Of a stretch of DNA of 64,000 nucleotides, positions 1 through 11,200 are shown one piece after another. Source of the DNA: Raillietiella orientalis. Taxonomy: Eukaryota. The notes under the pieces were generated by a model. It was not told the DNA's origin. It did not search any database and saw only the letters and a list, made by a program, of their open reading frames with translations. How positions within the stretch are numbered: position 1 is the stretch's first letter; each line of letters opens with the position of its first letter. The stretch is from contig JAYWIR010000015.1 in the NCBI GenBank assembly GCA_036172245.1, forward strand, positions 1,240,001 to 1,304,000, given 5' to 3'. The position numbers and the translations under genes are program-made.

Positions 1-56
1 AACAACCCCATCATATAGATGATGACACTTAAAACTTCATATTTCTTAAATTGCAG

Positions 57-1199
57 AAAAACAAGAATACAAATAATGCTTCCTATGACAAGAACACGAA
101 AAGTCATCCTGCAGTTTTAGTATCCACTCAAGAGCAAATTCCTTCCAAATCTACCGGTGCATTGACGGCAGAGCTTCAGGTTTGTTTTTAACACTGAAAT
201 TTATCGAGTGTTTGTGTAGAAGAAGCAAGAAGAGTTGGAACGCAAAGCCCAGGAACTGGAGCAGCGGGAACAAGAATTGCAGAATGCAGCTTACAATGGT
301 ATGGGTGATTCATTGTCTACTTTCCTGATGCATTAACATCCCTATGTAGTACGCAAAAACAACTGGCCTCCTCTTCCTTCCAAATTCTGTGTAGGACCCT
401 GTTTTTATCAAGATATTAATGTGGATATTCCCTTGGAATTTCAAAAAATTGTCCGCTACTTATATTACTTGTGGATGTGTGAGTACCTAAGTTGAGTTTC
501 ATTATTCTTCTGGGATGCAGATCATAGTGCTGTTCTGCTGGCTAATCTTCTGGTTGCCATGATACTGCTTTTTGCAATAGGTGCACAATATGCTGCATCA
601 TTTGGATTGGGAATTTTATATTTTGTAGTGTTTACTCCATTTTCTTATTTGTGCTGGTTTCGACCAGCATATAAAGCATTCCGGTAAGATTGTTGATTTG
701 TCATCTGGTCATGAAAATATCAGCCTTTATTCTGCAGCAGTGATAGCTCAGTTAATTTCTTTGCCTACTTTTTTGTTTTCTTTTTCCAAATGATCGTATC
801 GATAGTGCATGCTATTGGGATCCCAGGTGTAGAGACATGTGGCTTTGTGGTGACTATTAGAGTATTCAGTCATGGTGGATCAGGCTACATATTAGGAGCT
901 TTAGCTCTGCTTGTTTCTTTGGCATTTGCTACTGCTAGCATCATGGACTTGGTCATGTTGCTAAAAGTGAGCCAGTGTTAGCAAAATGCATTCAAGTACT
1001 GATCATTTTTTTTTTTGTACAGGTACATGCCTTATATAGGAGCACTGGTGCTAGTTTTCAAAAAGCCCAAGCTGAATTCACACAGGGTGTGCTACATAGT
1101 GAGCACATGCAAAATGCAGCTGCTAATGCTGCATCAGCTGCTATGAAGAATCAGTTTAGCAACATGGCTGCTAAAACAAGTGGAACAGGTCGATTTTGA
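57..1199 (+). CDS. SCAMP: Secretory carrier-associated membrane protein (SCAMP family), 5'-partial. Exons 57-179, 220-298, 350-478, 521-683, 738-966, 1023-1199
   Basis: Splicing at GT-AG sites (introns 40, 51, 42, 54, 56 nt) gives an open frame with SCAMP hallmarks: [20 protein letters not shown] coiled coil, [22 protein letters not shown]-peptide [15 protein letters not shown], hydrophobic TM segments, [19 protein letters not shown]. The start lies upstream of the window. Confidence 0.96.
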
Positions 1200-1615
1200 A
1201 TCTAGAGGTGGATTTTTGTGAGTAGCATCATATGTACAAAAGTTACAGCATTGAGTTGGTGATGTTTCTTTGGATTCCATGTGTGCAATGGACTATATAC
1301 AGAATGGACCTAATATCAATGCAAACTTCCATAACTGACAAATTACATTAATGTCATCAGAAATGCAAAAATGAAGTGTGACAAATACATGAACAACTGT
1401 GTTTTTTAGTTGTTTTTTAAATGTTTGTTTAACTGGGAAGCACTGACCCATGAAGTTTACGCTAATGAATATGCAAATAAAGCCAATGAACACATACATT
1501 AAGTGTGAACAATTTACTGTTGCTGTACAATTGGTTAGAGTTTGCTGTATTGGTTATAGTGATCTTGAAAATATTCAGTGTACTTAGTGTGCTTGATTTT
1601 GTAATTTATTTGAGA

Positions 1616-1621
1616 AATAAA
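1616..1621 (+). promoter_or_regulatory. Candidate poly(A) signal of SCAMP
   Basis: AATAAA ~420 nt downstream of the SCAMP stop, at the end of an AT-rich 3' UTR-like stretch. Confidence 0.55.
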
Positions 1622-3941
1622 ATGAAGGTATGAAAAGGGTTGATTGTTGCCCATTCATCGAAAAAAAAAAAAAATGAATTTTTTTTCTTTATTTTGCCGT
1701 ATTATTTAACTTATACAGAGGAAAACTAATATGTCACCATGTCAAAATAAGAATCACCAAGTTTTTCGGAGGTTCTCTACGGAAACTGAGCTGAGGGGAA
1801 ATCGCCTGTAACTTAAAGGTGAAGCGATTCCTTCTGTGTAAAAATTTGCAACTTCCAGGTGTCTATAAGAGTCAATAATTATAACGAATTCCCGAATCGT
1901 TTTCGTGCTAGCAGCTTCTTGGTTCCCCAACCAAAATTCCACGAAAGTCGGTTTCAGCGATTTCCGCCTGCAGCGGCGATTAGAACCGTGTTTTCTGGCG
2001 CCAGTCAGTCAAAGCCTCATCTTTTGCTCATTTCAGGGATAGTAGTCCCCCTTTTATAAAGGAGGGCCATTCTGGAATGTCGCCATTCTCACGTCAGCGT
2101 CTCAGTGCTGAAAGTTGGCTGTTGGCCGTTAGAGTTGGACAGTCGGATCGGTTGTCACGTAAACGGCAAAGCTGTCGCCTCAGGAAGGGAAGGGGGGAAA
2201 CCGCCGGATCCTGAAAATTTTCAGGAGCACGTTCCCTTGAATTCAGGTGCACCGCTCACAGGGGATGACGCAGGAGAACTGAGAAGAACGAGTGTTGTAC
2301 CCAAATGGTGCAAATGCAATTCGTCTCATCTTCGAATCACATTTGAAATCTGTACGTCGATAAGGGGATATTCATCTGAAACATGGTACTTAATGTGCAG
2401 CGGTCCATGATCGGCCCTGCCTCCAAGTGATGGCTTTGGAACAGTCAGACTTTACAGCACCTGTAAGGAAGAGCAGTGGCATTGAAGTTGCTGGAAGTAC
2501 AGCTGTTAAACTTTGTCGCGGAGAAGGCTCGTTTGCTGATGTCGCCACTGGAACGTAAATGCGTGGGAGGTTCCGTATGGTACAAGGTACTCTTTACCGA
2601 CACTGATTCGAGATACTGAAAACTGCATCTTTCCGTTGCGTAGCGACAGCAAAGTATTTCCCGTGAAACGAATTTTGTAAGCTGTCGGCGAGCTGTAAGA
2701 CCACGAACATCCTATCCGTTTTCAGCGAAAGAATAGCAGTGCTCATTTTCTCACTTTACTCCGATAGAAAGGAGGATTCAATAAGAGCTACCGAATCGAA
2801 AATAAGAAACTATCATCTCTATTGTATTGTTGTTATTATTATTGTATTATCTCTATATACCTCAGTCTATCCAGTAATTGAGAGCTAGTTCTTTGCATTA
2901 GTTATTTTCTATTCGCATTGATCATGACTCAATTTTTTCTGCATTTGAAAATGCAAGATACTAGCAGGGCGTGCTTGGCCGCCAAATCTCCACTCCTCCC
3001 GGAGTGAGAATCACTGCGTGCCAAGCCACTCTACCTTGCTCCATACATTCCTTCCCTGGACCTTGAAATTTCCGGTTGAAAGACTCGAAGAAATACAGAA
3101 TACTAGCGGATTTATCCTCTTGGTACTTGCAAAACACTTGCTGAACCACAGCACTGATCCTAAACGCCTAATCTGTGACAGATTTAATTACAGTCATTGC
3201 TGCATCCCTGAACCAATCCCTATATGAGGGAGAGATACGTATAAACCTATCTCTCCATCAACTATCACTCAATCTATCATCAATGCTTTTCCATATCCAA
3301 AGCAGTGAATCAGACATAGCCTTCTACCGGGGTTCAAGATTCGTACCAGAATTTACTAGTCCGTAGTTACCAGCAAGCTGCTCCGACAACTACGTAGACA
3401 ATCTTGCATTTTAGACATCATCTTATGCCTGGCGTATACGAATGAACTAATCACCATCTTCCTAGGCACATACATCATCCTAGAAACATGTAGCAAAATA
3501 AAACACTAACCACTGAAGAATGTTCAGCTTTACGAACAACACAATTAAAACAGTGGCACTCCACGGAATCCGCTAATACACCACTCCGTCATCACTTACA
3601 AAAACACCCGATAAAATTGGAATTTCAAATAAAATTTAGCGCATTTATCGTATTAGCTCCACAAAGAATACTTTTCAATGAGTATACCATTATCGGTGAA
3701 CATATACTCCAGATAGGAAACATTAATAGCTCAGGATCGCCTACAATAAAATCAAATATATCAGCGATCCCGTGGACATCTGCTATCATCGTCTCAAGAC
3801 CATAAACAAGAGAGCATTAATCGACAACAACAGCATCACAAAGATTCCCAACAAAGTACCAAAACCGCCTCAAAGACAAAGCACATGTATCAGGTGCGAT
3901 GCTAGTCCCTTTGACCGAATGTCGACCCGCAGCACCGACTC

Positions 3942-4816
3942 GCAGCATCGCCCCAAACAAGGAAGCACCGAGCATTTCGCCTTCGTCGGCACAAGGCATC
4001 CATCCATCTCCTCTCTCCGAAGCCATCGCCGCCGAGCGTCACCGACAAACCCCTGCCCCGACCAGAAACGCTGCAGAGGCCCACGCCCCTTTCACCGCCT
4101 ACGCTCGACCACGCTTCCACCTGCACACAAAGTGCGCAGCAACGAATCGCGAGCGCCCTGCAAACGGCCTCCCAGCGGCTTCCGCAGCCTCTCTTCGGCA
4201 GACCGAACTCAACAAACGTGCAAAGGCTCTTGTCCTCCGTACAGCGACCCCGCAAGAAACGCGCGTGACTGTCGCCAGCGATCGTTCGCTAACACCCCGG
4301 TGTCCGCGCTGACAGACCGCGCTTGGAAACTGACCCTCCGGGATCCTTCCAGGAATCAAGGAACCCTTCGGGGGCTCCCCTCTGGGGGTGAAAAAGGCAC
4401 GTCCACTACGCACGATGCACATACCACACCTCGGAAAGAGTTGCCACCCCGGAGTGATAGGAAGCGCGTTGCTCCCTTCGAGTAGCACCCACCAGACAAA
4501 TTCCAAAGCGTCCCTTCGGGGCTCTCTTCAGGAGAGTCACAAAGAGCGGTTCCCCTCCGGATTCCCTCCGCTGAAGAAATTCCCAAAGCGGCACCCTCCG
4601 GGGAACCCTCCGAAGAGAACAAGGAAGAGGTTTCCTTCGGGATTTCTTCTGGGAGATCCACTCTGAAGCATTCAACATACCATCTGATGCTGAGTGGTCA
4701 ACAGCGAGCCATCACCCGACAGCAGAAGCCAGTTCCCCAACCCGAAAGGCGAAGCGAACCTCCCTTTCTGCATTCCCAGTAGCCCACCCTGAAACCCGTC
4801 CGGAATGGGGGGCAGG
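3942..4816 (+). repeat. Direct repeat copy 1 (~875 bp) of 21079-21953
   Basis: 3942-4786 matches 21079-21923 at constant offset 17137 (identical overlapping ORF translations, e.g. 4099..4506 vs 21236..21643). The last 30 nt match 23/30. Confidence 0.97.
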
Positions 4817-5138
4817 CAGTTTTTCCCTCCTTCCCCTCTCAATCCTTGCCGACGAGCACCACATTTTGTTCTGATTCATCACAGAGGGAAGTGCAGTAAT
4901 CCAAAAGATGGTGAACTATGCCTTGCCAGGAAGAATCCAGAGGAAACTGGTGGAGGATCCTAACCTGCAAATTGGTCCTAAAAGCTGGGGTAGGGGGGAC
5001 ACCAGTCGGAGCATCTGGCAGCTGGGCTGCGAATATTCACCAGGGGTGGTTGACACTCGTGGAAGCGGAAAGAAAAGAGGGAATCTCACCCGGTGAAGTG
5101 AATGATTGGAGGCCTCGGAGCTGAAATGACCTCAAACG

Positions 5139-5184
5139 ATTCCCAAACTTTAAATAACTGGAAAGTCATTTAAGGTTTGGGAAT
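5139..5184. repeat. Short inverted repeat / hairpin with 17-bp arms
   Basis: ATTCCCAAACTTTAAAT (5139-5155) pairs with ATTTAAGGTTTGGGAAT (5168-5184), one mismatch (G-U on the + strand). Confidence 0.85.
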
Positions 5185-8077
5185 TTTCCTAAATGCTGAA
5201 TTCGGGCTGTCGGATCCATGAGTGGCCAGTGGGCCCATTTTGGTATGCAGAATTGGCTGTATTCAACTGAGGAATTAAGGATCTTCAAAAAGCAGCAGCA
5301 TTTGAGGAAACCAACGCAAACCCCACAACTCCCTTCAAACTTCCTACTGCGTGCGTCACTCAGCTCGCCCGCTGTTCTTCCGGTTAGTTTTGGAGGTTTC
5401 TGTGTTTCCACCTTTCACCTCAAGCCGTTCTTTCTCAGAGGGCGAGCGCCTCTCCTGAGCGACTTGGCCATCTCGTGGATGCCTCTCGAATACTTTGGCT
5501 AATACTATTTGGTCATTCTCCCTCTTTTCTTCACCTGCTCTTCCGCGCTCGCTCACTTCTCCTTGGAGACCTTCCAGTCATCAAAAAGGAAACAGATAAG
5601 GTCGCTGCCCCTTCCGCCGTGGGCACTTTCTCATCGACGAGCAGCCCTCTGGCGCTAAGCTACCGGGTAAGAATGACAAGATCTCCGTAACACTTTTTAA
5701 CCGTTTCTCGGTGAGGGCAGTGAATCATCGCATCGAGCGCGTGCGCCTAAAAGAGCCATAGGCAACCTTTCCTCAATGGGCCGCATGTCCGTTCCAGAAA
5801 CGTGAGGCTGACCGCAGTCCATTCGAGAAATGTACGGAGGGTCGCAATTTTAAACAGAAGGAACGCTGGTTGATTGAATTCAGGGTTTATGATGGGCAGA
5901 AATTTTAATCACTTATTTAGCTCTTTACGTTACGCGAATGGTCGCGAACTTCCCCGGTCCAGGTATTAGATGAGTTATTTTTCCGTGGCGCAACGTTAGG
6001 GTCATCCCACAGATAACCAAAATAATCCCAATGGGATCAAGGTCATGGATCCGACAATCCGAGTTACAGCGTTCCAGTACGACGGACTTCCCACTCGTTT
6101 CTGGTTTGAGTTCCAGGTCATTTCGGTCCTAAGGACTCTAATTGTTCGCTTTACTTCCCGGGTGAGACTCAGCTATCCTGAGGAGACAAGGAGGCTCTCG
6201 TGCTCTTTTCCTTTCTCTCCTAAGTGTGCCAGCTTCCTGAAGGAAACTTTCGGGAAACCAGCTGCTAGGCTGTGAGGATTTCTGCAAGGCTGCACAAGGG
6301 TTTCATCCTAACTGCGTCTTCATGCATTCCGTCATCTTCTGGAAATGTTGGTAAAAGCAAGAACGAAGTTCCTGCTGCTGCCAGTTCGTACGAGTGTTTC
6401 GTGAGTCGCTGATTCCAGCGGCAGTGCAACTGGAAGACCGGGTCAGACAGCAAAAGCGGCGTCCCCTCGACACCAGGCAGCTACCTGCATTCCAGTCACT
6501 TGGCAGCTCCACCTCACCTCATCGAAAAAGCTCTCTGCAATGCACAGCAGCAACATCAGAAGCTGCTGCACACTGAAACGTAGTTTGTCGCCCATCGTAG
6601 CGGCTTGGCATTCTAACAGGTTCTCAGGTCATCCGGAGGATACAAGAACTTTTTTCAAAGGATCGATAGAAGGCTTCCTTTAAGTGTTCAAAGTTCTCCC
6701 CATGTCCTTCATTTCCATTGGCAAAACACGCCCCTGACCAGATTTTCTCAGTGCAACTAGAATGATGTGTGCAATCTGCTGTCATTTCCTCCTCAACTTC
6801 CGGTAATTCTTCAGATAAATTTTGAAGTGCAAAAATCCCCCCTACCTTCGCTACCAGCACAACCCTAAAAGACTCACAGCGCGAAGTAATCCAAAAATTA
6901 CTGGAATGTTAGAGAATGCACTTCAACTGAGCACCTTCGAGGCTGGTTCCCAGTTGCCAACATCGCAGGAGAAGTGTTCAGCTTCAGATCTAAGGTCAAA
7001 CGGGAATCCGGAATTGTGACACGATTTCAAATTTGCACACTCGTTCGTGGGAATTTCCACATTCGTGGCACCTCAGATGGGAGACCGCATGACATTTTCA
7101 TCTTCATAACCATCTTCAACCTTCCAGCAAACATAGCGACCGCGTCATCAGGGTCCCTGTCCAGATGAAACGGAGGATGCGGATTCATGGGTCGCCTAGC
7201 GACAGGGCTTCCGTATGAAGCTACGGCTGCTTCGGCATTTGCACTCCCTGCCCAACGAGCCCGACACGAAACTCCCGCTGTTGCATTGGCCGAATGCAGC
7301 TTCCAGTTGGAATCAGCTTGCATCATTCCCATCATCCAGCGACGCGGGGCGACGCTGGCCCGTCCGAAACGCGATTCCAGGCGATATCCGCGGATGTCAA
7401 TCACGGCGAGCGATGGCGAAGACATCGACACGGAACAGAACTGCAATTCCAGAAACGGCAACTCTTTGCGGAACGTGTACTCATTCCACTGGGCGGGACT
7501 CAGAAACGCTTGCCAGAACGAGAGTGCGAGGAACCCGCGATCATGCATGCTACGTTGGGAGCCGAACGACCGCACCCGCACGCATTCCTGCACGCAGGAG
7601 CAAAGGGAAATGGGAGGAGACCCGGTGCGTTTCACCACCGGCACTCGCAGAAACTCCACCTGCTCTCGAACGGCCTCCACGCGGCAGGCGTTGCATTCTC
7701 TCGAAAAACGGAAACTCGCGTCTTCTGCGGTTGAGGATGTGGCATGCAAGCAGGCGAAGACGGCAACGACCTTGTACCCGCCGACACGCACGCCTCCTCA
7801 TGACACCGACTTCAAGGAGAACCACTCAGCTTTCGCAGGCCATTTTGACACGACGAGCGCCGCAAGCGTTCCCAAAGGCAAAGGTTCGTGTCGCGAAGCG
7901 GGCGTACGGAAAAGCAACCAGAAAGGCACTCCGGAGTCGAACGAGCACGCCTCGTCCATGCTCACACGGAAAAACAAGTCGAGGGCGTCCACCGGAAAAG
8001 GGGACGTGCGCCAGGGAAAGCGAATCGGGACGCGGCACCCAAGCTGAAAACGAAACCTCAGCATCAGAAGCTGACTT

Positions 8078-8083
8078 TTTATT
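8078..8083 (-). promoter_or_regulatory. Candidate poly(A) signal, CUB-like gene copy A
   Basis: TTTATT on + (AATAAA on -), ~220 nt past the stop codon; mirrored in copy B. Confidence 0.6.
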
Positions 8084-8298
8084 CCTCGCAGCAAACATGG
8101 CCGATGCGCAAACACCCCGAGAGCAGACGCCTTTTCAGGTCCTGGCAGCATCGGCTAAACAAGAAGAGGGTGGGGACGAAACCAGCCAACTTTTTCCGAA
8201 CCAGGTGGTCGTTGGTCAAGAGCATTCCTTCTATCCGGGCGACGAGGTGCTGGCGAAACCCACCAGCGTACGTTGGAACCACGTGCGCCATCTGGGGC

Positions 8299-11200
8299 TT
8301 AGCACGGATTCTGCGTATAGTCGATGCAGAAGCCGACAGCCAACACTTGAGCGATGTTTCCAATCGTTCGGAAAGGAAACCTGAACGGCAGCTGGTTAGC
8401 TACGGAAGCACCGAATGTCGTGCGGAACACGGCGGTGGTCACGGTGTTACTTACTGCACACCGGAGCAGGGACGGCGACGCCGCGACCGGGGGCCAACGT
8501 TCCTCCGCAGAATCTGTCCATCATGCAGTTTGCGTTCAGCATAGCTTGCGTGTTGCCACAAGCGATGGTCAAGAAATTCATGGTGCACATGTTGGCAACG
8601 CCGCTGTTTGCAGAGTTCATGTTGTTGACGTCCAGGTTGAAGCCGCGCGGTGGTGCGATGCACTGGTTCAGACAAATGGAGCAAAAGCCCAGCTCCCTCC
8701 GGACGCAAAACGTGTAGTCTTGGTTGACCAGAAGCGAAGGATTGTTTGGTATGGGAGCCGTGGCCAGCCAGTTGAAGGTTTGGAAACTCCCAGTGGATCC
8801 GATGAAGTACTGCAAACAGTTGGCAGGAGCTGCAAGAGACGCGTCCATCAGCAGGCAATGCGTCTCGAACCACCAGGAAGGGACTTGCGCGGCCGCGCAG
8901 CGTTCACTCGCGCTGCTCTTCCGCCCAACGAAAACGACCGCTGCAGGAGATCGGGCGCGCGATCCGAGGTCATCGAGGTCGGACGGAAGTGACGAGCAGG
9001 CGGACGCGCGCACGCGCTCTGTCCGCTTGTATGGGATGAGTGATCCTGCACCTCGGCCAGCAAGGTGTGAGTTACAGACGAACCACCCGTTCCCCCCATC
9101 CCGTTTCGCAAACCCTCCGCACCCTCTTCCCGGGTGCCTATTCCGGAAGTCGGCGCCTCCCTTCTCGTCCGTCCGCACACTCGCTTTCTCTATGCGCTGC
9201 ATTCCGCTGCCCTCCGCACACACGGAGCCCAACTCCCGTGTGCCCATTTCCCCTCTTCCGTTCGGAAAGTCCGCCACCGCGTTTTTCCCCTCCCCCGAGC
9301 ATCCCTGCCCGCTTCCGCGTCCGCCCTCCGGGAGCTGATGCCGAGAGGGCTCACTAAGCGGCTCCGCTGCCAAGCAGAAGGACGGAACGCTGGGCGCGTC
9401 CTTGGGACTCGGCTGCCGGAGAACGCGGAAAGGCGCGCTCGTCCCGTGGCCTCGGTCTGCCGACCCGGGAAGCGTGACCTCGGAAACGGAGTGCGGCGCG
9501 GAGTGGATAAGGAGTAAGGCATGGGACGCGCGCGCCACTCGAGCAGGATGGATAGGCACCTGCCGGGTCATCCGCGCTCTCGTCGACGCGCACGCCTTGG
9601 CGATGGGGACGCATTGCTCCCCCTACACTTTCATCTTAGCCAAAAGGCCGAGAAGCGACCGCCTAATAGTTGCACGCTGCCTGCACCTTCCTCCAAGAAC
9701 CTTCCAACGTCCCTAGCAAGCGTGCTTTCTCGCCTTCCAAGCAGCGGGTGACGAAAGTGGGCAGGTGGACGAGGAGAACGGTCCCGATTCTGGAAGGGTT
9801 GAGTTCCTCCCGGACGCTCCTTCCGAACTCTTTCCGACCAAAGAACTCAGGTTGTCCAGCTGCGACTTGCTGGCACACTGACCGACCGTCGAGGTCCGGT
9901 CGCTACGTGCCGGGACGAATGCGCCCACGAAGGCCGCAGTCGCACGCGACACCCAAAAGTGCACCTCGCGGCTTTCGAAAATCCGGGCGAGCGAATGGGG
10001 ACATACGGTAGGGCAGCGGGAGTGAAGAAGCGGCGCCAGGCCGTCGCGAGCGCTTGCACTCACCTGCGTAAGGAGCACCTTCCGGGATCTGAGAGATCAA
10101 AATGCTCCACTGTCGGGTGGCTGCGTTCGCTGCAGGAGGCATGCCGATTGTGAAGCTGGGGAGAATCCTATCGGAGCCGGTCCCACTGTCGACGTACACT
10201 GAAATGCAACGTGTCAGCAACGGGAGAGGCGCGAAGCGAAAGCGGCATCGTTCACAGACTTCGGTCACCTGGTTACCGGCGACTCCCAGGCGCGGACGTT
10301 TCCTCTCCTGCAGAAGACGTCCCACACTCGCAAACCGCCGGCGCCCCCTTTCCGTCCCCGGCTATCGTTCCGGATCCTTGCAAATCGCCCACCCGTCGTC
10401 ACTGTTCTTGCGCTTCTCCATGTCTTCAGCACCTGTTTCAGCTGCTCTGCCTCCCACGCGCACTGCGTTGCATTCGTGCTCCGCACGGGGGTGGATGTCT
10501 CTTGGCCTTACCCCGCTGCTCGTCCGATCTGTTCGCTGCGGACGGTTTCCCAGGTGCAGCCAAGTGGCTCCAGCTCGGTGTCCCGGGCACGTCGCGCGGG
10601 TGCTCTCGCTGGACATCCAGGAAAAGGGTAACGAAAAAATGCCGTTCCGGACGAAAACGAATCCGGCCCGCCCCCCGTCGTAGCCGCCCCTTCGAGACTT
10701 CTGCTCCCTTCGCGCTTGCGCACGCCACTTACTGTGCTGTCCGGTGTTCGTCCCGCAAATCACGGGAATGCTGCTCGATGACCCCGGAGCCACCACCGTG
10801 AACGTGTCCACCAGGCACATTCCGTTCCTGTTGTTTTGATTCAGCACGAACGAGAAGAAGAACAACCTGCAAAGAAGGGGAGCGTCGCAGCAGCTGAGAG
10901 TTTCTCGATGGGCGGTGTAGCCCCGAAGGGTGCGCAAATCGGGGAGCGGCCCTCCGGCGCTTCAGCACTCGGAGTCGCCACGTCGGTCAGGCGGGCGCTG
11001 TTTGCGGAGAGCGGCTGCGTCGTCCGGCGTCTTCGGCGCGCTCGGTGAGGCCCCGGGAACGCTGGCAGCGAGCGCCGAGGACCGAGGGCCGAGGACCTCG
11101 GCGACGGATCCGGGAGGCGGCGCATGACCGGGTCGGTAAGCGGGAAGCTCCCTGCTTCGGATAGGGAGGACGCCGGTTCGGTAGAAGCTGCGGGAGAAGC

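Noticed and set aside
3772..4485. 237-aa ORF and its 222-aa twin at 20954-21622 as a duplicated gene
   Set aside because: Similarity is confined to the DNA repeat, the N-termini are unrelated, starts are non-ATG and no domain is evident.
5752..5850. GGCAACCTTT...GGGCCGCATG, resembling the end of a hAT/Charlie-type MITE
   Set aside because: No matching opposite terminus or 8-bp target-site duplication found; the resemblance is from memory only and needs a Dfam search.
7027..8384. Long overlapping ORFs (254, 286, 389 aa; 443 aa in arm B) downstream of the CUB-like stop
   Set aside because: No recognisable motifs, open on both strands in GC-rich DNA, and the longest changes frame between arms through a 2-nt indel.
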